A DNA stretch of 64,000 nt from contig JBBCJC010000005.1 of the NCBI GenBank assembly GCA_037189525.1, positions 1,088,001 through 1,152,000 on the forward strand, given 5' to 3'. The position numbers and the translations under genes are program-made. Shown piece after piece: positions 19,229 through 27,593 of the stretch. Below the pieces are notes generated by a model. The model was not told the origin of the DNA. It was given only the letters and a program-made list of their open reading frames with translations, and made no database searches. Within the stretch, counting starts at the first letter, position 1, and every line of letters starts with the position of its first letter. This DNA is from Gemmatimonadales bacterium (lineage in GTDB: Bacteria > Gemmatimonadota > Gemmatimonadetes > Gemmatimonadales > GWC2-71-9).

Positions 19229-19523
19229 ACGACGACTCCTTTCGGGAACCACATCGCCGCGGACTCCCGGGGTCCGCGTCGCGTGCGCCGCCGACGAGGG
19301 GCGACCGGGTTCCCGGGACACCGGGCCGCCGGATGCGGACGAAGCGAAGATTGGACCAGGGCCGAATGGAGTCGTGTCGCCGGATCGGTTGGGTTGCCCG
19401 CTCCGAACGCGGATCTCGTTGTGAGACACGGAGTAAGGCGCCGAAGCACGAATGGAATACGGTAGCTCCGGCGGATCGGATTGCGCGGCGAGAGACCGTC
19501 GGGCGTGTCCACTTTCATGGACA
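19229..19523 (-). other. Hairpin-rich putative structured leader or ncRNA upstream of the 19228 gene
   Basis: Nested inverted repeats 19243-50/19308-15, 19254-58/19300-04, 19258-64/19272-78, 19373-78/19425-30; C(UUCG)G tetraloop on the minus strand near 19438-49. Confidence 0.45.
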
Positions 19524-19553
19524 TGAGTGTCCAGGGGAGGAGTCAACGCTTCT

Positions 19554-19995
19554 GGAGCAGTCACCGGAAATGAAGGACCTCGGGCCGGATGATTCGGAGA
19601 TGCGGGTGAATCTGCAGGAGCGAGCATCGGATCGGGCTGACTTGTCGTCGACAGTGGGGGACTTGTCGCCGGATGATATGGACCGGCTGCCGACAGATGC
19701 GGATTGGCGAGTGAGCGGGATGGACTTGTCACCGAGCGATGGGGATAAGGAGCCTGAAGATGGGGGACTGGGGATCGGTTGATGTGTATCGGCGGTCGGA
19801 TCGAGCGGAGTAGTGATCGGTCGGGTTGGAGCGGGGGTCCGCAGTGGTGGACCAGAGACCGGCAGTGATGGCGACGCACACTGCGGTGGTGGATCAGAGG
19901 CAGAAGTGGTCGGAGACGGAGCCGGATCGGGAGGACTGGTCGGTTGGCAGAGTGGAGCCGCCGACCACCGGAATGGCCAGCAGTTCCTCCTCTCG
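19554..19995. repeat. Degenerate array of 20-21 units with 21-nt period (GGA-N3-G-N2-R-N-CGR-N7)
   Basis: Unit starts at 19554, 575, 596, 617, 638, 659, 680, 701, 722, 743, then a +1 slip and 765, 786, 807, 828, 849, 870, 891, 912, 933, 954, 975; 17 of the first 20 begin with GGA. Confidence 0.88.
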
Positions 19996-20001
19996 ACTCG
20001 G

Positions 20002-20235
20002 CTACCGTGACCAGCGGAACCCGGCGTAGAACGAGCGTCCGTCCGACGGTTCGTAGAACTGACCGACGGCGTTGTCGATCTGCACCGACGCGGAGTATCG
20101 CTCATTGGTCAAATTCTCGACCGCAGCAAACAACGTCAGCCCTCGACTGGCCAGCAGGTACTCGGCTCGGACGCCGAACACGGTCCATCCGCTATTCTCG
20201 AGAGTATTTTCGCTGTCCACAAAGTAGCGTCCGGG
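20002..20235 (-). pseudogene. C-terminal fragment of a TonB-dependent receptor
   Basis: 'YFVDSENTLENSGWTVFGVRAEY...LTLFAAVENLTNERY...FYEPSDGRSFYAGFRWSR' matches the last barrel strands (NLxxxxY, GRxxxxGxxW); no upstream barrel or plug. Confidence 0.75.
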
Positions 20236-20309
20236 GTCAATCGAGCACGACATGCTTGATCCGAGTGCAGTAGATCTCAGGCTGCCAGCAAGGGAGTTGA
20301 CGTGTCTGT

Positions 20310-20495
20310 TTATTGCTCCGTCGACTCCAGAACGTCGGCCGGCGCAACCGCCTCCCAACTGCCGTTCCGGGCAATAATCAACCTGGTCCCGGTCGAGGCG
20401 GCCACTTCCCGTGCCCGCCTGGCAGCGCGGCGCAGCGCCGGCAGCGCATCTCGAAGCTCGGGCGTTCTCGCCTCTTCGATCGGTTTCCGATTCAT
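20310..20495 (-). CDS. Small hypothetical protein (61 aa)
   Basis: GAGGGG RBS before the ATG; coherent helix-strand-strand sequence MNRKPIEEAR...ALRRAARRAREVAASTGTRLIIARNG. Confidence 0.6.
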   Translation of the reverse strand: MNRKPIEEARTPELRDALPALRRAARRAREVAASTGTRLIIARNGSWEAVAPADVLESTEQ

Positions 20496-20643
20496 TAGCC
20501 CCTCTCGACCGCATCAACCTAGACTGGATTATAATGGTTGGCCGACAAACCAAAGTTGTCGCGTCGCCCCGGTATGAAGAGTAGATTCCAACCTGTTTCC
20601 CGATCGACATGAAGCAGACCTGACCCGCCAGGGAGGCCACCCG

Positions 20644-21846
20644 ATGCGCCGAACCTTGCTCGTGTTGTCACTGCTCATTGCGGGCGTCTCCACGCTCGCC
20701 GCACAGGTGCGCAACATCCCCGATGCGCCCGGCCGGTGGAAGCCGTGGACCTTCACCGCGTACCCCACCACCCGGACCCAGCTCGGCGCCCGGCCGGCAG
20801 ACGTAAAGGATCTGGAAGCGCATTTGCTGCGCCTGAGCGCCATCATCAAGAACATCGACGGGATCACGAACCCGATCGGGTTCAGCGTCGAGGTATCGGG
20901 CACGCTCGGCATGGCGTCCGAACGAGAGCCCTTCCCCGGCGAACCCGGGTTCAAGGTGGGGCCGCTACCGGCCATGTTCAACTTCGGCGCCTTCCCCATC
21001 CTGGAGTTTGGCAACGGCAAGCGCGACGACGGGGGAGAAACGGCCTTGTTGCTGTTCTCCGTCAACCAAGTGTCGCTTCCGCTGTTTTTTGCCTATGAGA
21101 GCCGCGTACCGGAGTTCGAGAAGTTCGACACCGATGTGGTGCGCCAGGCCCCGCCAGAGCCCGATCTGTTCGGCCTGCCGCGTTATGGCAAAGAGGTGAT
21201 CGTGATCAAAAAGACGGACACGCCGATCGCGGTCGCGGTGACGATGGCTGAGACTCTGGAGCTCGTCGCGCGCAGCATCGATCTGCGACTGGCCGACGAA
21301 CGCGACGTCGTGACACGCCTCCAGGCGGGGTATGACGACCGCACGGATCCCGCGAAGCGGGCCAAGCGCATGGCGGAGCACAAGCAGATCGCGGCGACGC
21401 TAAAAGACCCGACGTATCTGGAAACGATGACGAAGGTCGACGCCGAGCTGGCGCGGACCGCCGTGGAGCTGCTACCGGAAATCAATCGGGTCAAGGCGGG
21501 CGTGACGGCGATCGAGCAGGAACTGGCCGCCGCCAAGGCAAAGGCCGCCGGGCTCTCGGCGGCAGACAAGGCCGCGCCCGCCTGTTATGCCAGCGGCGGG
21601 AGCGGACCGTCGCTCGCGCGTTTCCGTCGCGCGCCGGAGTCCGGCTGCGTTCCGCTGGTGCGCCCGAACTGGGCGCTGTTCAACCCGGCGCTCCCTCGAT
21701 CGGCGCCGCAGTTGCTGACCATCTCGCACTTCGAGAGATGCCTACCCGCTAACCGGCCGGCTGCTCCCAACCCCGGTGGATGTACGGCGAACATGCGGCT
21801 GCTCGAGTCGATCGATAAAGCCGCGCTTCTTGCTTGGTTACAATGA
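20644..21846 (+). CDS. Hypothetical exported protein with central coiled coil
   Basis: GGAGG RBS, Sec signal peptide (MRRTLLVLSLLIAGVSTLAAQ), high-GC3 codon usage, four Cys in the C-terminal part. Confidence 0.75.
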   Translation: MRRTLLVLSLLIAGVSTLAAQVRNIPDAPGRWKPWTFTAYPTTRTQLGARPADVKDLEAHLLRLSAIIKNIDGITNPIGFSVEVSGTLGMASEREPFPGEPGFKVGPLPAMFNFGAFPILEFGNGKRDDGGETALLLFSVNQVSLPLFFAYESRVPEFEKFDTDVVRQAPPEPDLFGLPRYGKEVIVIKKTDTPIAVAVTMAETLELVARSIDLRLADERDVVTRLQAGYDDRTDPAKRAKRMAEHKQIAATLKDPTYLETMTKVDAELARTAVELLPEINRVKAGVTAIEQELAAAKAKAAGLSAADKAAPACYASGGSGPSLARFRRAPESGCVPLVRPNWALFNPALPRSAPQLLTISHFERCLPANRPAAPNPGGCTANMRLLESIDKAALLAWLQ

Positions 21847-22035
21847 CAGAGAAGCGCCGCACCCATTACTGATCCGGTGGGCGCGCAACGACGGTCAATC
21901 GTCGCCGGCAGCCGGAAAGGGGGTAGCCACCGGCAGTTCCCGCCAGAGTCGTTAGGCAGACGCCGGAGAACAAAAGGCGAACACCTTGCCACCGCAATAC
22001 GTCGGTTCTCAGCTTGGAGCTACGGACTCACGACG

Positions 22036-23014
22036 ATGTATCGATTGAGGTTCCCGTTTCGTCCCGTCGATGAGACGGCACAGTTTTCCGAGTCGATCAA
22101 CCTCCGGTCGGCTGGCTTCACCGCGTCACTTCAGCCACATCTTCCGTACGTTGTGCTTAACCTCGATGGCTTTGAGTCAGTAGAGAGCGCCAGTGATGCG
22201 TTCCCGTTGGCCTGGGGAACCATTATGGTCGCCTCCGTACTCGCCAACTGCGGCTTCGGGATCGAAGCATCGTTAGATCGGTTATACATACCTTCACAAC
22301 CGCTCGACCCTGAGACCATTACAGCATCCATTGGGCTGCGCGTCTCTGACGCCTGTTCACGGTATCGCGAACGGTAACGTTCCCATTGTGGTACCGGCCA
22401 CCGGAAAAGTGATCTACGCTACCACCGGCGATGTAACACTGAAGCGATCGTCACCCATCGCTCGCCTGGTACCGTTCATCGAGCAAGCACTCTCGATTCC
22501 TGGCACCGCGCATGCCTACATTAACGACCGCCTCAGACTCGCGTTCGATCTTTGGGCAGATTATCACAGAGAACAGCGCCTTCGGGCGAAGTTTCTGACT
22601 CTCGTAATGGCACTTGAAGCTTTGGCCGAAACGATTCCCAAACATCCTGCTGCTGTCGCGCTACTTGACCGATGGGCCAAGGAAGCAACAACCGAGCTCA
22701 GCAATTGGGCACCCGACACAGAGGAGTACGAGGCGATCGAATCTGTTAGGCGAGAACTTCTGGTACGGCGACATCGCTCAATCAGGAGCCGGATCCAATC
22801 CCATATCACCGGAGTTATCGATGCCGTTCAGCCGGGAGAAGGCACCCGCATCGCCAAACTCGCACGAACTGCGTACGACCATCGGAGCACACTACTGCAC
22901 ACTGGAGCGATTTCGTCGGCTGCCTTGAGCGAGGGTCATACAGTCGCGTTGACTGCGCTACGCGCAACCCTCCTTGCTTCCCTTGGGGTTTCGCCGCTGA
23001 CCATCGCTTGCTGA
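22036..23014 (+). pseudogene. HEPN-like (ApeA-type architecture) gene split by a frameshift near 22350
   Basis: Frame 1 MYRLRFPF...GLRVSD joins, after a +1 shift, PVHGIANG...KFLTLVMALEALA...AYDHRSTLLHTG (RxxxxH). The second ORF has no convincing start of its own. Confidence 0.65.
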
Positions 23015-23077
23015 CCAACGTTTGGGATACACGACCCTTTGAACTAGGATCGAACCTCTCCAGGAGTACCGACCATC

Positions 23078-24130
23078 GTGGGCCTCACTGATTTTACGAT
23101 CGAAGCAATGGGATTTCGCCGCATGCCCCCAGAGAAGGCGGTTTCCGCTGCGTTTCATAGCCTAACTACCTTCGAAATTCGGGGCCTGAAACTGGATGAA
23201 CGAGAATCAGTCGAGAGTGCGGCCAGCACTGTCAGCGATGTTCCCTACCGTATTGCATTGGGACCCTCTCCGAATCGGCTCGCACGACATCTTATAGATG
23301 ACGACCTAGTAGATGACGAGTCGCGATGGCTGGCAGAATCCAAGAGCACCCCGCCGTTTCTCATGCTTCACATCGGACTCCCGGAAATCCATGAGGTGCG
23401 AGGAGCCTACGTCCGAGACGAGCCAAATCGGATATTGACATACGGGGCATTCGAGTATGCGAAGGCGAAGCTGAAGAGGGCTGAAGGTATCGTCGTTCCT
23501 AACATTGCCTCCGCATTCACATGCGAGTTCAGCCACTTTAGCCCAACAGTCAGTCTCAAGCAGGTAAGCCGAGATGTCTACGGCATAACACCAGATGGGC
23601 GGACCTTACACGACATTCGGATCGAGGTCCGAGGTTCACTATCGACTGCACAACGCATCAGCCCAAACACCACACAAGCTTACCTTAGTCGTTCGACAGA
23701 TCTAGCCGCCTCACTCAAGTCGGCAGTATCTCAATTCCTTCACCTTGCGTTCGACGAAAAAGATCAACTCAAACGGTTCTTGTACCTTTTCTTTGCCCTC
23801 GAGCGAATCACACATACCACATTTGCGTCGATCGACCTTGATCGCCATATGTCACGACTATCCGAGGTTTCTAGACGGACTTCAAAACCTCGAGATCAAC
23901 CGAGGGAGTGGAAGACGCTCCAAGATCGGTTTGCCTGGTGTTCAGTCGTCGTCTGGACACAGCTTACCGACAACGACATAGCAACCTTTCGAATGCTCAA
24001 GAAGGTCAGAGACCGACTGGCCCACGGCGAGATTACGGCACCGCCAAGTCCATCTGTGCAGGTAATCGAAGATCTCGTGAAGAAGCTCCTCCGCCAAGCC
24101 GATCCCGTCACCACACACCTACAGACGTGA
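23078..24130 (+). CDS. HEPN-like domain protein
   Basis: AGGAG RBS before the GTG; C-terminal 'KRFLYLFFALE...LKKVRDRLAHGE' (RxxxxH); lower GC than the flanks. Confidence 0.72.
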   Translation: MGLTDFTIEAMGFRRMPPEKAVSAAFHSLTTFEIRGLKLDERESVESAASTVSDVPYRIALGPSPNRLARHLIDDDLVDDESRWLAESKSTPPFLMLHIGLPEIHEVRGAYVRDEPNRILTYGAFEYAKAKLKRAEGIVVPNIASAFTCEFSHFSPTVSLKQVSRDVYGITPDGRTLHDIRIEVRGSLSTAQRISPNTTQAYLSRSTDLAASLKSAVSQFLHLAFDEKDQLKRFLYLFFALERITHTTFASIDLDRHMSRLSEVSRRTSKPRDQPREWKTLQDRFAWCSVVVWTQLTDNDIATFRMLKKVRDRLAHGEITAPPSPSVQVIEDLVKKLLRQADPVTTHLQT

Positions 24131-24329
24131 TGTACGACCGTACGCGAAGCCAAACCTTCGGAACGAGAAAAGAAATCAGGGTGTCCCGTTCACTTCGCAC
24201 AGCGATCGGGGTGCAGGAACCACCCGCACTCCGGCAGTGCCTCTACCTGCGCGACGAGTTCCTGACACACCTAATTCAGCTCTGGTTCTTGTAGGAAACA
24301 GAGAACAGCTGAACTCTATATCCTTGGTA

Positions 24330-24824
24330 CTAGTCCTCGTCTGCGGCGGTGAGCGGGATCAGGCGCGCCCGCGGGGGGATACCGGCTTCCAGCTCCATAA
24401 TCCCGACCGACGCCGGCAGGTCGAACCGCCGCGCTCCCGCCCCGCCCGGGTTCATCACCGTCACCACGAGATCCACGGTCGTCAGCAGCGGCTGGTGCGT
24501 ATGGCCGTAGATGATGACCTCGGCCTCCGGAAAGGCCTGATGTAACCCTTCCGGCGTCGGGCTCCGGCCGAGCTGATGCCCGTGAATCACCACGAAGCGG
24601 AATCCGTCGATCTCGGTCTCGACCACCTCGGGCACCCGGCTGCGGATGTCGAAGTCATCGGTATTGCCCCAGACCGCCATGACTGGTGCGATCGCTTCCA
24701 GCTCGGTGAGCAGCTCCGGCGGGCCGACATCGCCGGCGTGGAGGATCAGGTCGACGTCCTTGAAGACTTCGAACACCTCGGGCCGCAGCATGCCATGAGT
24801 ATCGGAAATGATGCCGAGCCGCAT
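24330..24824 (-). CDS. Metallophosphoesterase (YfcE/calcineurin-like)
   Basis: ISDTHG, HAGD, VWGNTD, IHGH, YGHTH, NPG motifs. Confidence 0.92.
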   Translation of the reverse strand: MRLGIISDTHGMLRPEVFEVFKDVDLILHAGDVGPPELLTELEAIAPVMAVWGNTDDFDIRSRVPEVVETEIDGFRFVVIHGHQLGRSPTPEGLHQAFPEAEVIIYGHTHQPLLTTVDLVVTVMNPGGAGARRFDLPASVGIMELEAGIPPRARLIPLTAADED

Positions 24825-24825
24825 T

Positions 24826-25419
24826 TCACTCTCCCTCCTGCCAGCGGGGCGCGCTGGTCAGGTCCAGATCGAACTGATCCAGCACGCGCTGGGCCACGAA
24901 GTCGACGAGCTCAGCTACCGTGGTGGGCCGATGGTAGAACCCAGGCGCCGCCGGAAGGATCGTGGCGCCGGCTTCCGCCGCGGCGGTGAGGTTGCGGAGA
25001 TGGACCAGCGACCACGGCGTCTCCCGCGGCACCAGCACGAGCTTGCGGCCTTCCTTGAGCGCGACATCCGCCGCCCGTTCGACCAGCGAGCGGCTGGTGC
25101 CATGCGCCACCGCCGCCACCGTGCCCATCGAGCAGGGGCAGATCAGCATTCCCGAGGTCCGTTGCGAACCCGATGCCGGCTTGGCGCCGCGATCGCCGTC
25201 GTCGAAGACGGTGACGCTGCTCCAGTCGCCACCCGTGGCCGCGCGGAGGGCATCGAGATCGGCGAGACCGGACTCGGTTTGGAAGAGCCGCCAGCCGTGG
25301 CTCGAGATGATCAGCCAGACCGGCACCCGATGCCGAGCAAGCAGGTCCAGGATTCGTACGGCGTAGGGCGCGCCGGATGCGCCCGTCACGGCCATGACCA
25401 GCGGATGCCGCGTGGTCAC
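24826..25419 (-). CDS. ubiX: Flavin prenyltransferase UbiX
   Basis: AVTGASGAPY, ASGS, PCSMGT, RAADVALKEGRKLVLVPRETP, PAAPGFYHRP. Confidence 0.96.
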   Translation of the reverse strand: MTTRHPLVMAVTGASGAPYAVRILDLLARHRVPVWLIISSHGWRLFQTESGLADLDALRAATGGDWSSVTVFDDGDRGAKPASGSQRTSGMLICPCSMGTVAAVAHGTSRSLVERAADVALKEGRKLVLVPRETPWSLVHLRNLTAAAEAGATILPAAPGFYHRPTTVAELVDFVAQRVLDQFDLDLTSAPRWQEGE

Positions 25420-26654
25420 GGCGCGCTTCCTTTCGCCGTTACGCTGTCGGCTGGCTGACTTCGAATCCGGGAGCGGAAGGTGACCTCGGGCATGGCCGGT
25501 GATGGACCCGACAGGAGTTCGGACGGCGTGCCGCGCAGGTAGCGCTCGAAGAACGCCAACGTGTACGCATTGATGATCTCATGGGCGCGCTTGGCGTCGA
25601 GCCGCTCTTTGGAGCGAGGATAGAACAGCCCCAGGTCCGAGAAGTCGCCGTGGTCGGTCCCGGCGATCGTGACGTTATACCAATCGCCAGACGACCGCTC
25701 ACGCGTGGTGCTGTCCCAGGCGGCCGTCATGGCGGTCAGCTCGCGAATCGCCGGGCGGTCCTTTTCCGGATAGAGCTTTTCGTAGTCGGTCGAGTTATGG
25801 AGCTGCATGACCGGACGGGCGGTGCCGCGCTCGCGCACCGAGCCGAACAGTTGCCCGTCGTGATCGACCGCCGCTTTGACCCGAGGATCATCCGCGGAGA
25901 GCTGGACCGCCGTTGCCCCGCCGAACGACCAGCCAAAGGCTCCGATCCGCTCCAGGTCGAGCCGCCCCTGGAACGGTCCGGGATCGCGCGCCAACCCTTC
26001 GATCCGATCGAGTGCAAAGCGAGCGTCAGCCACCCAGATGGGAAAGACCGGGTCGTCCAGAAATGCCCAGGACGCCTTCGCGTCGGCCCCGCCGTCGCCG
26101 GTTTCCTTGGGCATCGCGAGCGTATCGGGTTCGAACGCCGTGCCATCGGGATACTTGGCCGACTGGTTGAAACCGAAGTGTTCGACGGAGAAGACGACGT
26201 ATCCGTAGCTGGCGAGCCACTGGGTCGTGAAGGTCGAACTCCACCGGGTCCAGCCGCCGCCATGATTGTAGATCAGAACTGGAAACGCCGGGCCCGACGG
26301 CGCGACCGACGCGCCCAGCGCCGCCCAGGTCTTGGACTTGGCTGCCGCACGCGCGCCCGTCTTACTCGCAAACTCGTCGGGCCGAAGCAGATAGCGCGCG
26401 GTATCCGCCTCTCCCGCCACCGCCGGATACCAGACCTGCACTACGACTCGACGGTAGTCCGACGGATTCTTGGTATACGGCTCCGCCCGGCTCGAATCGG
26501 TCCAGGAGTATTCCCGCGTGCCCACCGCATAGGGCCCGCTCGGCGCCGCAAACGGTTGCTCCGGAAACTTGGGCATTGCCCGGCGAATGTAGAGGCCGAG
26601 CCCTACGACGAGGAGCGCGAGTACGACGACCGCGATCTTGACGACCTTCCACAT
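25416..26654 (-). CDS. Membrane-anchored alpha/beta hydrolase (PAF-acetylhydrolase-like)
   Basis: N-terminal TM, PSGPYAVG, VQVWYPA, LASYGYVV, GWSFGG nucleophile elbow, DHDG, HGDFSD. Confidence 0.85.
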   Translation of the reverse strand: MWKVVKIAVVVLALLVVGLGLYIRRAMPKFPEQPFAAPSGPYAVGTREYSWTDSSRAEPYTKNPSDYRRVVVQVWYPAVAGEADTARYLLRPDEFASKTGARAAAKSKTWAALGASVAPSGPAFPVLIYNHGGGWTRWSSTFTTQWLASYGYVVFSVEHFGFNQSAKYPDGTAFEPDTLAMPKETGDGGADAKASWAFLDDPVFPIWVADARFALDRIEGLARDPGPFQGRLDLERIGAFGWSFGGATAVQLSADDPRVKAAVDHDGQLFGSVRERGTARPVMQLHNSTDYEKLYPEKDRPAIRELTAMTAAWDSTTRERSSGDWYNVTIAGTDHGDFSDLGLFYPRSKERLDAKRAHEIINAYTLAFFERYLRGTPSELLSGPSPAMPEVTFRSRIRSQPADSVTAKGSAP

Positions 26655-26678
26655 GCGAGCCTCCGGCCGAACGAGGGA

Positions 26679-27593
26679 CTAGACGAGCCGATCGAGCAAC
26701 GCAAACAGAAATACGGTGACGCTCATGACGCCGTTCATGGTGAAGAACGCGGCGTCGAGGCGGGACAGATCACCCGGTTTGACCAACTGATGTTCATAGG
26801 CAAGGATACCGGCCGCGGCCAGCAGGCCCAGATAGTACCAGAGGCCGAAGCCGGCGCCGAAGCCAAAGGCCGCCAGCGCAGGAATCGTCAGCCCGTGCAG
26901 CAGTTTGGCCGCGAGGATCGCGCGCCGTTCGCCCAGCCTGACCACGGCGCTGCGCAGGCCGGTGTTGCGATCGAAAGCTTCATCGGGCAAGGCGTAAAAC
27001 ATGTCGAAGCCTGCCACCCAGGTCGCGACGCCCACCGTCACGGCCAGGAGTACCCACCAGGGCTCGCTCCAGGCGCCCGTCACGGCGAGATAGCCGCCGA
27101 CCGGCGCAATCGCCAGGCTCATTCCGAGCCAGAGATGCGGCCACCAGGTGAAGCGTTTGGCCAGGCTGTAGGTCATGATCCACACGAGCGCCACCGGCGA
27201 CAACCAGAGGCAGACCCGATTGAGCGACCCCGCCGCCGCCACGAACACGATGCCCGCCACGACGACCGAGAGCCACGCCTGACGCAGCGTCAGGGCGCCG
27301 CTGGGCAGCTCCCGCGCGCGGGTCCTGGGGTTCTGCGCATCGAAGTCGCGGTCGACGATCCGGTTGAAGCCCATCGCAACCCAGCGCGCCGCCGAGAAGG
27401 CAATGACCACGAGCAGGACGGTCTGCCACCGGATCGGAGCCTGGAACGACGCTGCCAGCACACCAAGCAGCGCAAACGGCAGCGCGAAGAGGGTGTGGGG
27501 CAGTTTGACGAAATTGAGATACCGCACCGCGAGCGAGCCGCCCGCGAAGGTCTGCCCCTCCCGACCACCCGCCTCCGGCCGGACACCGCTCAC
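26679..27593 (-). CDS. ubiA: UbiA-family prenyltransferase (MqnP-like)
   Basis: KLPHTLFALPFA, NRIVDRDFDAQNPRT, YSLAKRFT, GFDMFYALPDEAFD, AFFTMNG; GTG start overlaps the ubiD stop. Confidence 0.92.
   Translation of the reverse strand: MSGVRPEAGGREGQTFAGGSLAVRYLNFVKLPHTLFALPFALLGVLAASFQAPIRWQTVLLVVIAFSAARWVAMGFNRIVDRDFDAQNPRTRARELPSGALTLRQAWLSVVVAGIVFVAAAGSLNRVCLWLSPVALVWIMTYSLAKRFTWWPHLWLGMSLAIAPVGGYLAVTGAWSEPWWVLLAVTVGVATWVAGFDMFYALPDEAFDRNTGLRSAVVRLGERRAILAAKLLHGLTIPALAAFGFGAGFGLWYYLGLLAAAGILAYEHQLVKPGDLSRLDAAFFTMNGVMSVTVFLFALLDRLV

Noticed and set aside
19554..19995. CRISPR array, or intact protein-coding ORFs over the 21-nt array (19333..19782, 19515..20105, 5' part of 18533..19879)
   Set aside because: There are no identical repeats. 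The ORFs lack RBS support and change register at the 19764 slip. Kept only as a periodic element.
24275..24313. Imperfect inverted repeat TTCAGCT...AGCTGAA at the right edge of the lower-GC patch
   Set aside because: Too short and imperfect to call as a terminator, IS end or att site; no matching copy found at the left edge.
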